In this document: piece by piece, positions 11,446 to 24,289 of the stretch
How positions within the stretch are numbered: position 1 is the first letter of the stretch
Layout: every line of letters starts with the position of its first letter
Assembly (NCBI GenBank): GCA_008632985.1
Contig: QPGO01000164.1
Span: forward strand, 1-64,000
DNA length: 64,000 nt
Source: Psammoneis japonica
Lineage: Eukaryota
Direction of reading: 5' to 3'
Translations under genes and position numbers: made by a program
The notes under the pieces: model-generated
The model's input: the letters and a program-made list of their open reading frames with translations, nothing else
Told to the model about the DNA's origin: nothing
The model's database searches: none

Positions 11446-12639
11446 GGTTGCATTGGCTTAATTGCTACAAAAAGAAAAAGCAGGCAAAGTGGAACGGGCA
11501 CAGGTGATTTGCATTGGTTGTCATCTCTGGATGTCAATTGTTTAGATTGGCTCAAATCTTGAACAAAACACTTGCCATGCAGCACAATGGCCAGCACCAG
11601 TCATTCTGTCCTTGGCTTGCTTGTCGCTCATTTTAGATCTCACCAACAAGTTGCACCTTGATCGTTGCCGTTTGTTCTGCACTGTCACCATGCCATGCAG
11701 CCAGTGTGATGCAGTGCACTGTTGAGCCAATTGATTGATTGTTTGAGACCACACGCAGTGTTGTCACAATTGTGCCCACAACACCACGACAATTTTGCAG
11801 GTTTTGGCAATTGCTGAAACATGGCAGGTTTCAGCAGAATCTGGCAAAACACGCAGCAGGTTTCAGCAATTGCTCAAACATGCATTTTTGGTGATGCACG
11901 GCTGGAAGGTGCTGTTAAATGTCAGGGGTCTGTGGTGATGAAGGGGTGGGTTGGCAGGAATGTGTGGTGAGAGGGTGGTGCAGAGTGTGCTGAGTGATGG
12001 AGAGAAAAAAGACCGGCCAAGGGTTTTGACAGATGGTCAAGAGGAGGAGTTGTCATTGACAATTGGCTTGGCGTGCAGAGAGGTGGTTGGAGAGAGTGAT
12101 GCCAAAGTCAAGGTTGAAGATTTGTGAGGTGCGCAAAGAAGTTAGGGTGTTGCGGCATGATGGTGGGAGGTGCCAAAGTGGTTTGGTGACACTTGTTGCT
12201 TCCAGGCATTGCTTGAGTGGGTGAGGAAGTTGAAGGGGAGCAGGAGTGAGTTTTTGAAGGCAGAGAAGGAAGCTCAGGAGTTGGAGAGGGAAAATCAACC
12301 AGCCCAAGGTGGTTTGGGAGGAAGAAGAGAGGGATGGAGGAGGATGTTGTGGCGGAGACACCAAAAAAGAAAACGTGGAAGTGGCGTGGATGCCACCCAG
12401 GCAATTGAAGACAAAAGGAGGAGGAAAGTCATGCTTGATTGACAGTGTTGACAATGTTGGAGCAGCAGGCGGATGACACAGTTTGGCCAAGGAGCCAGGA
12501 GGTGGGGGAGCTGGTGGTGTTGTTTGATGTCTGAAGAACATGCCCAGGCAAACTAGAAATTGTGATGCATTTCAAGTGTGGAGGAGGAGACACATTCACC
12601 AAATTGCCTCTTTCTGATGTTGGCAATCACTCACATGTT

Positions 12640-15310
12640 CATGGCCTGAGAATTTGCTGTGGAGCTTGAACATGGAGTTCTGCAGGAGGCCCAATGTTGC
12701 ACACAGTCATGAGGGGGGCGGAATGCATCACAAAGAAGAAAAGAAGTGTGAGTCTTTGTCATTGTCAAACAGCAAGGATGATGACCTCAACAATGTTTTT
12801 GTAAAATTCAAGGTGCACAAAGGTGTCTGCAATTGCAATGGGGTGGCTAACACAGATCTGGGAGATGAGCTCCTGACCAAGAGTAAAAAGAAAAAGGCAG
12901 TGCAAGCTGATGGTGTGGAGAGCCTCAAGGACACCAACAACAAGGGCAAGAAGTTGTGCCAGTTGCTCACAAAATCCTTCACCAAGTTGATCTGAGCCCT
13001 GCCTGACAATGTGCACAAATGTGATCAAGTCATGCAAGAACAAAAAAGTGGGTCAAGGATTTTGGTGCACAAGATCAAGAGCACCTGAAGCACTGCTCTG
13101 AACAGAGTGAGTGGATGACTGCCAAATGCACTTCAAGAAGAGCTGAACTGGAGCCAGGTGGCTTTAAGAAAGCTTTGTTTCACTTCAATGAGCCAGAAAA
13201 TTTCAACACCAAAATTTGGACAGATTGATGACATTCATCACCTGGATGAGTTGCAGTTGACAATGTGTGTGTGTGTGAAAAGGTCCCCGATAATGAAAAA
13301 TGGAAGGCTTTCAAGTTTGAGTGTGCCACAAGGATGACACCACAGAGAACATGTTGCACAGTGCCTTCAAGCAGCACTGTTAGAAGAAGTGGGAGACAAG
13401 TGTGGGAAGTGCAGCCAGAAGGGATGCAAGGTGCTGCAGTTTGGTCTGAACAAAAAGACTGCCATGTCAAAAAAACTCAAAGGCAACTGTTGGCATTGCA
13501 ACAAGCCTAGACACCAGGCAAGAAAAAGACAAAGGAGAACAAGGATGACAAGGAAGCCAGTGATGTCACCACAGCAGCAGTGCTTGACTTTCTCAACTTG
13601 GTCAAGGAATGCAAAGGCTTGCTTGTAGTCTCCTTCCAGGCAAGAAAAAGACAAAGGAGAACAAGGATGACAAGAAAGCCAGTGATGTCACCCCAGCAGC
13701 AGTGCTTGACTTTCTCAACTTGGTCAAGGAATGCAAAGACTTGCTTGCAGTCTCCTTCTTTGACAAGCTAGAGGACAATGATGAAGAACCCAAGAAGAAA
13801 CTGAACAGGCTCTTTGTCCTTGTGCAAGTAGAGCAAGATGTCAGACAACAAAGATGGTGGTGGCATGAGCAAGGTCCTTGTGGGCTGATGTGGGAAGAAG
13901 AGGACAGTGCCCCACCTCAGGCAATTTGATGTGACTCAAATGGCAAATCAGAAGACAAGTCTGATGATGACTTGGTCAACAAGTTCTGTGAGATGCAGAA
14001 GTTGCATGACAAGGACAACAACAATGGTGCCAATGCTGATCCATTGCCAGAAGGGTAAGTGTGTGTCCAAGGTGGTGACAAAAAAGACAGTGCCCAAAAT
14101 TTGAATTGTCATTTTGACTCAGAAAGCAAGTTAGAAGACATGTGTGGCAACCCAATGACAGATTTGAGGAAATGCTGACATGTCAGGCAGTTGGAACAAG
14201 ACAGCATCAAGCTGCTTCTGCACTCTGGATCAACAGCACATGCAAGCCAACAGGACTTCTAAAGGCATGAGGAACCTTGAGGAAGTCAACAAGACTGTGA
14301 AGGACATGCACATCGGGACTTCAGTGGCACAATTTGAAAGTGTTCATTCTTTTGAGTGTTGAGAAGTGGATGGGGCAGTGGCTGTCATGGAGATGTGTGA
14401 CCAGCCATTTTCCCCCTGCAACACAGCAAGTCTCACAAAGTTGGTTGAGAAAAATTGCACCCTGAGAGTGCCAAGGCAGACCCCAAATGTGCCATCATTC
14501 TGAGCGTCCTGATGGCACAAAATTGATTTTTGAAAAATCTGTAAAGACAGCCTCTTTCACATGGAGGTGAAGTGTTTGAGGCATGCTGTGGAAACAAGTG
14601 TGGGTGTGTCAACCAGATGGAAAGAGGTGCACAAAAGGACTTGTCAAAGAAAGTCCATGTGAGTTGCACGCACATTTCATTGAACCACATGGGTGAGTGC
14701 ACAATGAAAATGGCGGCAGCAGATTTTGGTTGGAAATTGAAAGGAGTGCTGCTGAAGACCTGCAAGTGAGTTTTGCATTGGAACAAAGGCTGCAGCAAAG
14801 GGAATGGCAAAGACCAGCAAAAAAGAAAGCAGCAAGACTTAGCCAATGGCTTCTGCTTGGACATGACAAGGCTGTTGGAATTTCATGGGTCAACCACCAA
14901 TCTGCATCAATCTCACCAACTCCAAAACTCACCAAATGGATCACAAACACATCAATGCTGTTGCTGCATCACCATGTCATTCTGGTGCAGAAGCTAAAAA
15001 GTGAGCACAAAACACACATTCATGGAGAATTTGCAAACAGCTTCTTTTTTGTGTGTTTTCAAAAACAGCACATGGTTGTGGAAGCTGGATGTGATTCAAA
15101 TTTTTCAAGCACAGTTGTGTTCAAACAAGAGGTTGCCAGCAATGGCAACAGCATGTTTTGGCAGAGAAAGAGTGTTGCACCCACCAAAAAGACAAAAGAG
15201 CAGCTGTTTTGCAAAACAAGTGCAGGGACACAGTCCTTGCAGAATGGGGAGAGCAAAGCAAAATTCATGAGCTTTCAGAGCATGATGTCAAAAAGACAGG
15301 CAAGCTAAGA
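12640..15310 (+). mobile_element. Degenerate Ty1/copia LTR retrotransposon (gag knuckle, protease, pre-integrase/integrase relics)
   Basis: Zinc knuckle GNCWHCNKPRH (about 13482-13515), protease-like LLLHSGSTAH (about 14212-14241, cf. LLDSGST.H), and GAG-pre-integrase-like H...NHMGE...A..FGWKLKG...TC (14670-14765), in copia order. No intact ORF and no confirmed LTR pair. Confidence 0.65.
13515..13760 (+). repeat. Direct duplication of about 121 bp inside the copia relic
   Basis: ccaggcaagaaaaagacaaaggagaacaaggatgacaa...gcaaag.cttgcttg.agtctccttc occurs at about 13515 and 13636. Confidence 0.9.
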
Positions 15311-16458
15311 CAGCTGGCAGCATGCATTGGATCGACAGGAAGTGAGAAGTGAGAGGGAAAGAGAAAGTGTGTGTGACCACTTTTGGACTCCCTCAACTAA
15401 ATGTGCATTGGTGCATGCCTGTCTGTCTCACTGGGTGTGAGTTTGCCCCACACCTCAACAGGCAGGCGCCTCTCCAGCTCCAGCCAATCCAAACCCTGCC
15501 CCCGCCTGTTGGAATTCACCCTTCCAGTGACCACTTCAGAGCCACTTCAGTCCTCTGAGGTCTGATCATGAGGGCAAAATAAACAAGCTTGTTGTCACAA
15601 TGCTTTCTAAGAGTTGAAAAAGAACAGCAATGATGGCGCTTCTCCGGCAGCCCCCACATCGTGCTTCGTGCAGAGCACATGAGTGCTGATGCATGAGTCT
15701 TCTTTGCACCATTGCATTTGGGCACTTGAGCTTTTAATCTTTTTTTGAACACATTTGCCTGCTCCTGCTGACCAATGATTTGATGCTTCTCTGGACGGCT
15801 GTGTCTGTGTGAAAACAGGCAGATGAAGACAACAGAATTGATTTTCTCGCCACATTGGCCCATTGTCACTGCCACAGCAATTCTGGCTATCTTCAGACTG
15901 TGCACTCCTCAACTTTTGTGTGAGCTTGAGTCTGCAAACGATTTGGAAGTCACCAAATGCAATTGGAGGTTTCAGAGTCGTCCCTGATTTTGATGTCGTC
16001 GCTCTTTTGGATTCACTCTGTTCCTCTCCAGACTTGTCTTTGGATTCCACCATTTTCTCTGGCGCAAGGATCGTGAAGATTCAAGATGATCCACCTTGAG
16101 GACAACCTTCAAAAGCAGCCATGGTTGAGGCTAAGGTCAATCTTCCGACTCGTCAGTGGCGCATCAGGCAGATTTGGGCGATGCATGCCACTGCAGGATT
16201 GGCGATGCGAGCTCTCGCTCCGGCATCTTTCATGCAGGCCTAACTCCAACCCCATGCAAAGCTGCCTCTGCAATGATGTAGCTCATAACCCATCTAAACA
16301 AACAAGCAAAAATCCAACAACAAATTTCGCGACCGACCGCCGATGGCCGACCCGCACCTCTCATCACAACCAGGCTCCTTCTCTCGAACCAAGCCATCTC
16401 TCTCTATCCTGAAGAAGACGTGACGCATGTATAAAAGCTGCTTTGGCATGGCGCAGAG

Positions 16459-19400
16459 ATGGCGCCACTGCCGCTGTCTGATGAGGAAGAAGGTGTGAAC
16501 GTGTTGGAGCTCGGCGGGGAGATCCGTCCGCATCGTGGTCTCGCCACCCTCAGAGAGATCTTTGCACGGACAGCAAGATGAGTGCCCGACAACGTAGCCC
16601 TTGAAGATGCGACGGGAAAGCAGAAGCTCTCCTGCGGCGAACTTGATTGTCTCGCCGACTCGTTGGCCGCCAGGCTGCGATCGCGTTACGGCGTCGGACC
16701 CGAATCCCCCCTCGTCGGCTTGGCCGCCGAACGGACGATCGGCTGTTTGGCATCTCTGCTGGCCGTTCTAAAAGCCGGCGGGGCCTACGTCCCTCTCGGT
16801 TTGCGACTTCCCGATGCTCGCATCCGAACCGTGCTGGAAGATGTTTCGCCGTCGGTGGTTCTGTGCAGCAAGGCCTGTGCCGAGCGTTTTTCCAAACTGG
16901 GTGTTGAACAGCTGTGTGGTCGATGACGACGATCTCATCCTCCGCCGTGATTCGCCGACAGTAGAGATAGAGGAAACGGTCGTAGGAGACAACCTTGCTT
17001 GCGTGATTTTTACATCGGGCACTGCCGGCAAGCCCAAGGGCGTCATGGTTCCAAACTTGGCTGTGGCCCATTACATCGATTCGATGCGGGCCATCCTCAA
17101 CCCTGGGCCCGACGAGCGGGTCATCCAAATCATGGAGCTTGCCTTTGATTCCTGCATTTTTGACATTTGGATGGCGTGGGCATTTGGTGGGACGGCGGTT
17201 CTTTGTGAGAAGTGGACGGCCCTTGAAGGCTTTGGCGAGTTTATTCGCAAACGCAACATTGCAACCCTTGGATGCACTCCGACACAGCTTGGCGCAGTGT
17301 CACCTCAGGATGTTCCCAATTTGCGCGTGGTCGCCATTGGTGGTGAGGCCGTCCCTCCCCCGTTGATCAGAGAATGGGCACAGCACCCTTGCTGTCACAT
17401 CTACAATCAATGTGGACCTGCAGAAGCAACGGCAACTGTGACATCTATCCAATGTGCTCCTGACATGAAACATCCAAAGTCAATTGGGTTTGCAAATCCT
17501 GGCAGGGCAAAGCTTTACATCCTTGATTCCGATGGGGAACCTGTGAAACCCAGTGTTCCGGGCGAGCTCTGCACAGCGGGCCCACAGGTGGCCCGTGGGT
17601 GTTTCAACTTGCCAGATCTTACGGCAAAGAAATTCGTTAGAAACAGATTCTCAAATTCAGCCGAAATGCCAGTCCTCTACAAGACCGGCGACCGCTGCCG
17701 CTGGCTTCCTGATGGCAGCATTGAGCATCTTGGAAGGCTGGATGCACAGGTGAAACTGCAAGGGTTTCGGATTGAGCTGGGTGAAATTGAAACAAAGTCA
17801 CTCGAAAGGAGGGATGTTCGAGCTTGTGCTGTTGCTCTTCGCCACCGAAAGGAAGGCTCTCCATTTCTTTGTGCATGCTTGGTCCCAGAGAGAACGGGCA
17901 CAAGGCTAGATGCGGGCAGTCTGCGATCCCATCTGGCATCTTCTCTTCCGGATTACATGGTCCCTGCTGCATTTGTAGAGCTTGTTACGATGCCGATCGA
18001 CTCCTCTGGCAAAACAGACAGATCTCGCCTCCCAGATCACTCCTTGGCTTCGACGGTTGGGTCACATGATCCAAAGAATCATCAGTCACCGCTTTACAAG
18101 AAACTGCTGCAGATTTTTGCTGATGTGCTGCATCTCGAGCCGCAAGATGTTGGGCAGGATGCTGACTTTTTCATGCTTGGAGGTCAATCTCTTTCAGCCG
18201 CGAGGCTCCTCGGCAAAGTGAGACAAGAATTTGCGACCCGGGTCCGGTTTGCTGAGTTTTTTGCTGATCCCACTCTCAGTGATGTTTTGTCATGCATCGT
18301 GGATGCTGGAGCGACAGACAACATGGACATTGAGGTCTGCCCACGCAGTCAGAGAGTTGGAAAACAGCTTCCTCTCTCCTCGGCACAAGCACGAATGTAT
18401 TTCCTCCATCTGCTTGATCCCAGTTCACCGGTTTACCATGCATCCGCAGTTTTTGATCTGGGAAATGGTGTCGTGAATCATTCTCGCCTTGAAAACGCAT
18501 TCCGAACCGTCATCAGTCGCCATGAGATCCTCCGCTCTTCTTATGGTCATTCTTCAGAAGGAACCTTTCAAGTTGTCCAAGATGACTTTTTGTTTCCCCT
18601 TCGTCAGCTTGACGTGCGCAACATGGAACACGGTGACAGGCAGCTGCGCATGCAGAAAGCCATGACAGACATCACTTCAGCTCCTTTCCACCTCGAAGAT
18701 TCAAGTGCTTTGCCCATCCGAGCACTGCTTATTTGGCTTGAAGAGCAACGCTCGCAGCTTGTCATTGCTGCACACCACATTGCCATCGACGGTCTGTCAT
18801 GGGACATTTTACACACGGAGCTGTCAGCTGCCTGTGCAAATCAACGCTTGCCACTTCTCACAATTCAATTTGGCGACTTCTGCCTTTGGGAGGCGAAGTG
18901 TCGGTGGAGTGCGGCCTGCCGAGAACTGCTAGATTGCTGGAGGGAGGAGCTTGGGGAGAATCCCGAACCTCTGCGCCTTCCCACTGACAGGCCCAGACCT
19001 GGTCTCCACTCGAGTGAAGGTGGGAGCTTCACGAAACATTTTCATGGGATTGCGTCTCCACTCCGTGCAGCTGCAGCTGCACATGCGACGACTCCTTTCT
19101 CCATCTTGCTCTCTGCATGTTTCATTTTGCTCCATCGCCTCACCGGCCAAAAAGAAATCATTGCAGGTGTCCTGTCATCAGGACGATCTCACCCGAAAAC
19201 AGAATCCCTCATTGGCATGTTTGTCAACACGCTGCCAATCAAAGCACAACTCGGCACGAATCTCACATTTTCGGAGCTCGTTGCGAAGGTGAAATGGGTG
19301 ACTGCCATGGCATTTGATCATCAAGATGTCGCGTTGGAGGATCTTGTGAAGAGGCTGATTCATTCAAGATTGCGGGGACAGACCCCACTTGTTCAAACGA

Positions 19401-22400
19401 TGCTGACTTTCGACGAATGTGATGAAAACGGTGCTCCAGGCCCAGTGTTTGATGGGCTGAAAGTGGCGGAGCTCGAAGTGGAGGAGACCAAGACAGCGAT
19501 GTTTGATTTTTCGATCGGCTTCAGTCTGAGATCTGGTGATCACTTGCTCGTTGAAGCCGAGTTTGCCACAGATCTGCTCGATCGTTCAACAGTTGGGCGG
19601 GCGATTGATCAACTTGAAAGCATCCTGCGGGATGCGATCCTTGCAGAATCGAGCATCATTGGAAAGCGTGAGGAACTGGAATTGGTTCAAAGAGATTGTC
19701 CGGGTCGCAACAGCATCACTGTATTCCAAAGATCTGCCGAGGATTTTTTGGAACCCAGGACAACCGAGGAAGTCAGGCTAGCAGCGATGTTCTGCAAACT
19801 GCTGGACCTCCCACGGGTGGACATGCGGGACAGTTTCTTTGCACTGGGAGGAGACTCACTCCTAAGCTTTCAGCTGGTTGCCTTGCCCGGAGCCTTGGGT
19901 GCTGTCTTAATGTGACTTCTGTGATGGAATTTGAGACAGTGGAGAAGCTCGCTTCCTTTCTGCTTTCTGCAGCCTCTTTTGGGCCTGATGTGGAACCACC
20001 TGCACAAAGGGCCAAATGTCGGCTGGTTGACCTGACCCCAATCCAGAGATGGTTTTTCGGTGAGCACTTTCCAGCGCCTTCACACTGCAACCAGTCAAGG
20101 ATGTTTCTGGTTCGGAATGATGTCGATGAGGCAGCTCTCCAGGCTACACTCCTGTCACTTGTCATCCATCATGACGCTCTGCGCTTCTCTCATGAAATAA
20201 AAGGTCGTCACGCGAGGCAGATCCAGCATGCTGATGATCTGGCGTCAAGTTTTCTCACATTCCGCATCGAAGACAATTTAAAGGAAAGCTTTGAAGGGCC
20301 GCTGATTGAAATCGAACGCGAAACCGAACGAGATCAATCATCGCTTGATTTGGAGAACGGACCCACAATGGCAGCAACACTGTTCATGAGGCCATCACCT
20401 GATCCACCCCCACTCTCGATCGTTGTTCATCACCTTGTCATTGATGGGTCAGCTGGAGAGTGATTGTGGATGACCTCAACATGGCCTGCTCCCAACTTGC
20501 GGCCGGGGGACCGGCGAGCCTCCCGGCAAAATCGCACTCCTTTGCACAGTGGACATCTGCGCCACAGAAGCATTCGAAATCCTGTTCCTTGTCAAATGAG
20601 CTTGCGCGCTGGCACTGCGCAGAGGCATCTCCTTTTAAGTTGCCTTTGCGAGCTTCGCGGGACAGGCACAAGAGGATCGAGCCCAGAGAGGATTGGATGT
20701 CATCTTTGGTCGAATGTGCGAACATCGAAGGGCTGCTGTCGACCACAGCCGTCAAAGATCTAGTGGTCGCGGCGCTTGCCTGGAGTCTGGTGGAGCCATC
20801 TCGTGAAAGCAGAGATGTTTGCATCATCGTTGAAGGTCGTGGCCAAGAATCGGGCATCATCGCCTCTGGGTTCGACCTCACTGGGACTGTTGGTTGGTTC
20901 ACGTCCATCTTTCCTGCACGCTTTCAGTTTGATGGGGTCACAGACGCTGGAAATGTGTTCCGCACAGCCTTGGAACAGCTTCGAGAAATTCCAAACAATG
21001 GCATCGGCTGTGGAATTTTCAAGCATCCGCGCTGTGGATGTTCCTCTCTTTCCAATCATCATGCTTCTCAGGTTGCCCTCAATTATCTGGGGCGCTCCTG
21101 GACCCAGGCTAGTGCATTGGATGGCATGGACTTGACGACGCTGGATTCTTTAGACTCCTCAGACCTCATGCTTTCCTCATTGGATGGCATTCCCACCTCA
21201 GATTGGGATCCACGCAACCAGTCGGACGATTCGATTCTCGATGTATCATGTCACATGATGGGATCACGTCTCGAGATGAGTTGGCAGTTTCGTTCTGACC
21301 TGCTCTCCCGTTGTTACGTGAACGAGCTCGCCGAACGCTTTTCCACCAACGTCACCGCCATGATCGCGGCGGTCTCCAATGGCGGACCCCGAGCGCCGGG
21401 AATTTTTGTAGCGAGATTTGGAAAGAAGATTGAAGACGCAATCAACGCCGTCTGGGCAAAGCACCGCCACCACGATAACTTCCACGGATTGTCCGTCAGC
21501 GCCGTTGTTGATGGTGAGATCGTGTTTGCTGGAGGCCATGGCTTCCGTGACGCTGAGCGCAGAGTCCCAATTGATCCGCACACTGTATTTTCACTCGGAT
21601 CGGCGGGGAAGCCCTTCGTTTCTCTTCTGGGGGCCATCTTGGTTGACGAAGGAGTCGTCGACTTGGACGCTCCTCTTGAACCGACGCTGTCCGAAGCAAA
21701 GATATCACTTCCGGAGATCTATGGACAGATGACGCTCCGCCAACTGTTTTCCATGACAGCCGGGATTCCCTATGTAGAAACTCATGTTGAAGAAACCATG
21801 GACGATCCATTCGAAATTTGCAGGTCAGCTATTGAAATTGTTCACAAGCCCGGATCCTGTTACTTTTATAGCAATTTCAGCTACGCTCTTGCGGGTTATA
21901 TCCTTACGTTGGCAGCTGGGTGTGAAGAGGATTCTATCTGTTTTGAAAACCTCCCCGAACAATTTCTTGGGTTGCTCGAAGAAAAGGTTTTCACCGCAGT
22001 GGGAATGGAAGATGCCAAACCCGAGGGATTTCAGTTTCTCTCCAAGAATGGTGCAATGTTGGGATCTGATCACGTGAGAGGTGCGGTAGGCAGCGCTGCC
22101 ATGCTGCCGTCAGGTCCAGTAAAGGCAAGCGTAACCGATACAGCTCGTTTTCTCATCACCGAGTTCCAACGAGGACTTTCACCGGCAGGGTGTCGCGTCG
22201 CTTCGGCAAGTCGCGTCTCTGAACGCTTCAATGTCTCCCAGAGTCAGGGGTCCGACTGGGGAATGGGATGGTTTCGTGACAGGCATCACGGCTTCCTTTA
22301 CATTTCAGGCCAGTGGGCGGATACAGTTAGCGGGCTCAAAGTAGATCCTGTCAGTGGGTTTGGCTTGTCCTATGCTGTTTCCGTTTGCGACAGTACGCAG

Positions 22401-22493
22401 ATACAGTTCATAGAGCTGGACATGGACCGGCTATTTATTGACCTCCTAGGGGAGGTGCGGCGTCAAACTCCAAACTCCAGATGTGGCAATTAG
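16459..22493 (+). pseudogene. Non-ribosomal peptide synthetase A-T-C-T-E-serine beta-lactamase/PBP-like; partly hypermutated, probably inactive
   Basis: A domain (LKAGGAYVPL, FTSGTAGKPKGV, YKTGD, GFRIELGEIE, LPDYMVP); T (FFMLGGQSL); C (HHIAIDG); T (FFALGGDSL); E (LTPIQRWF, HHLVIDG[V]SW, EGRGQE, TVGWFT); serine hydrolase (GSAGK = SxxK, YSN). In-frame TGA at 16579-16581; frame breaks near 16915, 19885 and 20447. Confidence 0.88.
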
Positions 22494-22824
22494 AGAGTCT
22501 GCAAATCACGGCAAATTCTGATTACATGATCACACTGTTTAGCATTCCGGCAGCGACACTGAAAAATGCAATAACGGACGAGTAAATGGCCGATAGGCGA
22601 CGGATTTCGAGTCTTGTTCTTTCAAAACTCTACCTTTTTGTCATCACCATTAACTGTTATGGATTTGTTGGTCGAGGTCTTCAATCTTTGAGTAAACTTC
22701 TTGTATCTCTCTGTATATCGGTGTAACATCTTGACCAAGCTCACGCGCCAACTTTGCCACTTCCTTTTTACATTCAAGTCTTTTCTAAAACAGATTTAGT
22801 TCCTTTTCAAGACTAGTAGACCTT

Positions 22825-23617
22825 TTGCTTTCTGGCAACACATTTCGGTCCAAAGAAAACGAGGACCCTGATTTGCAGGCTTGCCGCGACTCCGTGACGA
22901 CCAAACCCAGTCGGAATATTTACGGTGCATGGACCTTTTGTGAGAGTGTTGTGCGTGATGGTCGCCCCTCTATCATCTCGTTTGGTACTGGCACAAATAT
23001 GGATTGGGAGATGATCATGATTGAAGAGTATAGTGCGACGATATGCACACGATCCAACACCCAAGTCGATTGCTTATGTTGATACTCAAAAGCAAAAATA
23101 CAAAGCTCTATCAACGGACCGGTTTGTGTTCAATAGCGTGGGGATTGCTTATGTTGAGACTCAAAAGCAAAAATACAAAGCTCTATCAACGGACCGGTTT
23201 GTGTTCAATAGCGTGGGGATTGGTGCAATCGACAATGACTATGTCACCATGAATCTACCGAAAAACACAAACTTTGTATCTGGACGAGGTGGCTCGAGGG
23301 AGGCGGGGAGTACGGGAAGCATTCAGATCAAACTGGTGACGTTGCCGGCCACACTGAAGCTACACAGTTTGGATGCTGTAGACATTATCAAGTGGGATGT
23401 GGAAGGCGTCGAGTTTGATGTTCTTGATATTCTTTTGGATTCCGGATTTGGTGTAACGGCGAGACTATTTTTGGTGGAATGGCATGGTCCATTTTTTGAT
23501 AACGAGAGTCTCCAGCAAAAAGCCATGCAAAAGCTCGAAGCTGCTGGTTTTGTCAAAATTCATACCTCCGACAAGGCGGAGGAAATGTTTTTCAATACCC
23601 GTTTCAACATAAAATAA
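22825..23617 (+). CDS. FkbM/Methyltransf_22-like SAM-dependent methyltransferase (frame break near 23043; 5' exon uncertain)
   Basis: IISFGTGTNMDWE, A(H)DPTP, VDIIKWDVEGVEFDVL and LVEWHG are typical of this family. Confidence 0.7.
23068..23222 (+). repeat. In-frame 75-bp tandem duplication (IAYV[D/E]TQKQKYKALSTDRFVFNSVG x2)
   Basis: Copies start at 23068 and 23143; one mismatch seen. Confidence 0.95.
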
Positions 23618-24289
23618 AGTGGCATCATAAAGTACTCTGGGATTTTCTGCTGTTCAACTACGAGCAGTTTACAGACACACAAAAAAAACCTCCGGTCTCA
23701 TGAATCATGAAACCAAAGCCTCGCTTGGCCTGGTCGCCTCACCTTTTAGTCTCGTGTACCCTCAAGTGACGGGTTGAGGATTGAGGATCAACATAAAACA
23801 AGACGAGGATTGTCTCCTTTCAGAGCACATCGATCCGTTCATTACCGGTACTACAGTATCACTGTTCTCGGCATATCATGGCAATCGGTGTTTCTTTCTG
23901 CTCCCTCCATGTGGTTGCATTGGCCGTTTAGGATCTCAATCCTAGTTGCCTGCAAATGTCAGTTAACGATCGTCACTTGAATCATTTGGGCGACGACACA
24001 GACTTAATCACCATGACAGTAGTATGAGAACGCTGCAAATTCAGACTAGTTGAACGCAGCTCTAAATGTTAATTCTTAAGTGCGAAGTCATTCCTTAAGA
24101 TGAGTGTGTGTGCAGTGTAATGCACTGTTGTCTTGAGCCATTGTGTGCCAATGCATCAGGCACATGGCCAAAACCAAAACTACAGCAAGAGCATCACCTT
24201 CATGCTGTCAAATTCAACTGCCTCTTCCACATCATTAATTCAAGGTTACCACTTGAACTTGCATGAGAGCCAAGAAACCAACAGCAATG

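Noticed and set aside
11795..11890. Short inverted repeats (ggcaattgctgaaac / gtttcagcaattgct) as a transposon end
   Set aside because: No convincing partner terminus or TSD found.
15340..15630. Purine tract followed by TG...CA as a 3' LTR of the copia relic
   Set aside because: No matching 5' LTR seen in the window.
16459..22493. Alternative genetic code or RNA editing to explain Tyr->Cys/His in the NRPS
   Set aside because: The same TA->TG change occurs across codon boundaries (Thr->Ala) and in non-coding duplicates, and neighbouring genes use Tyr normally.
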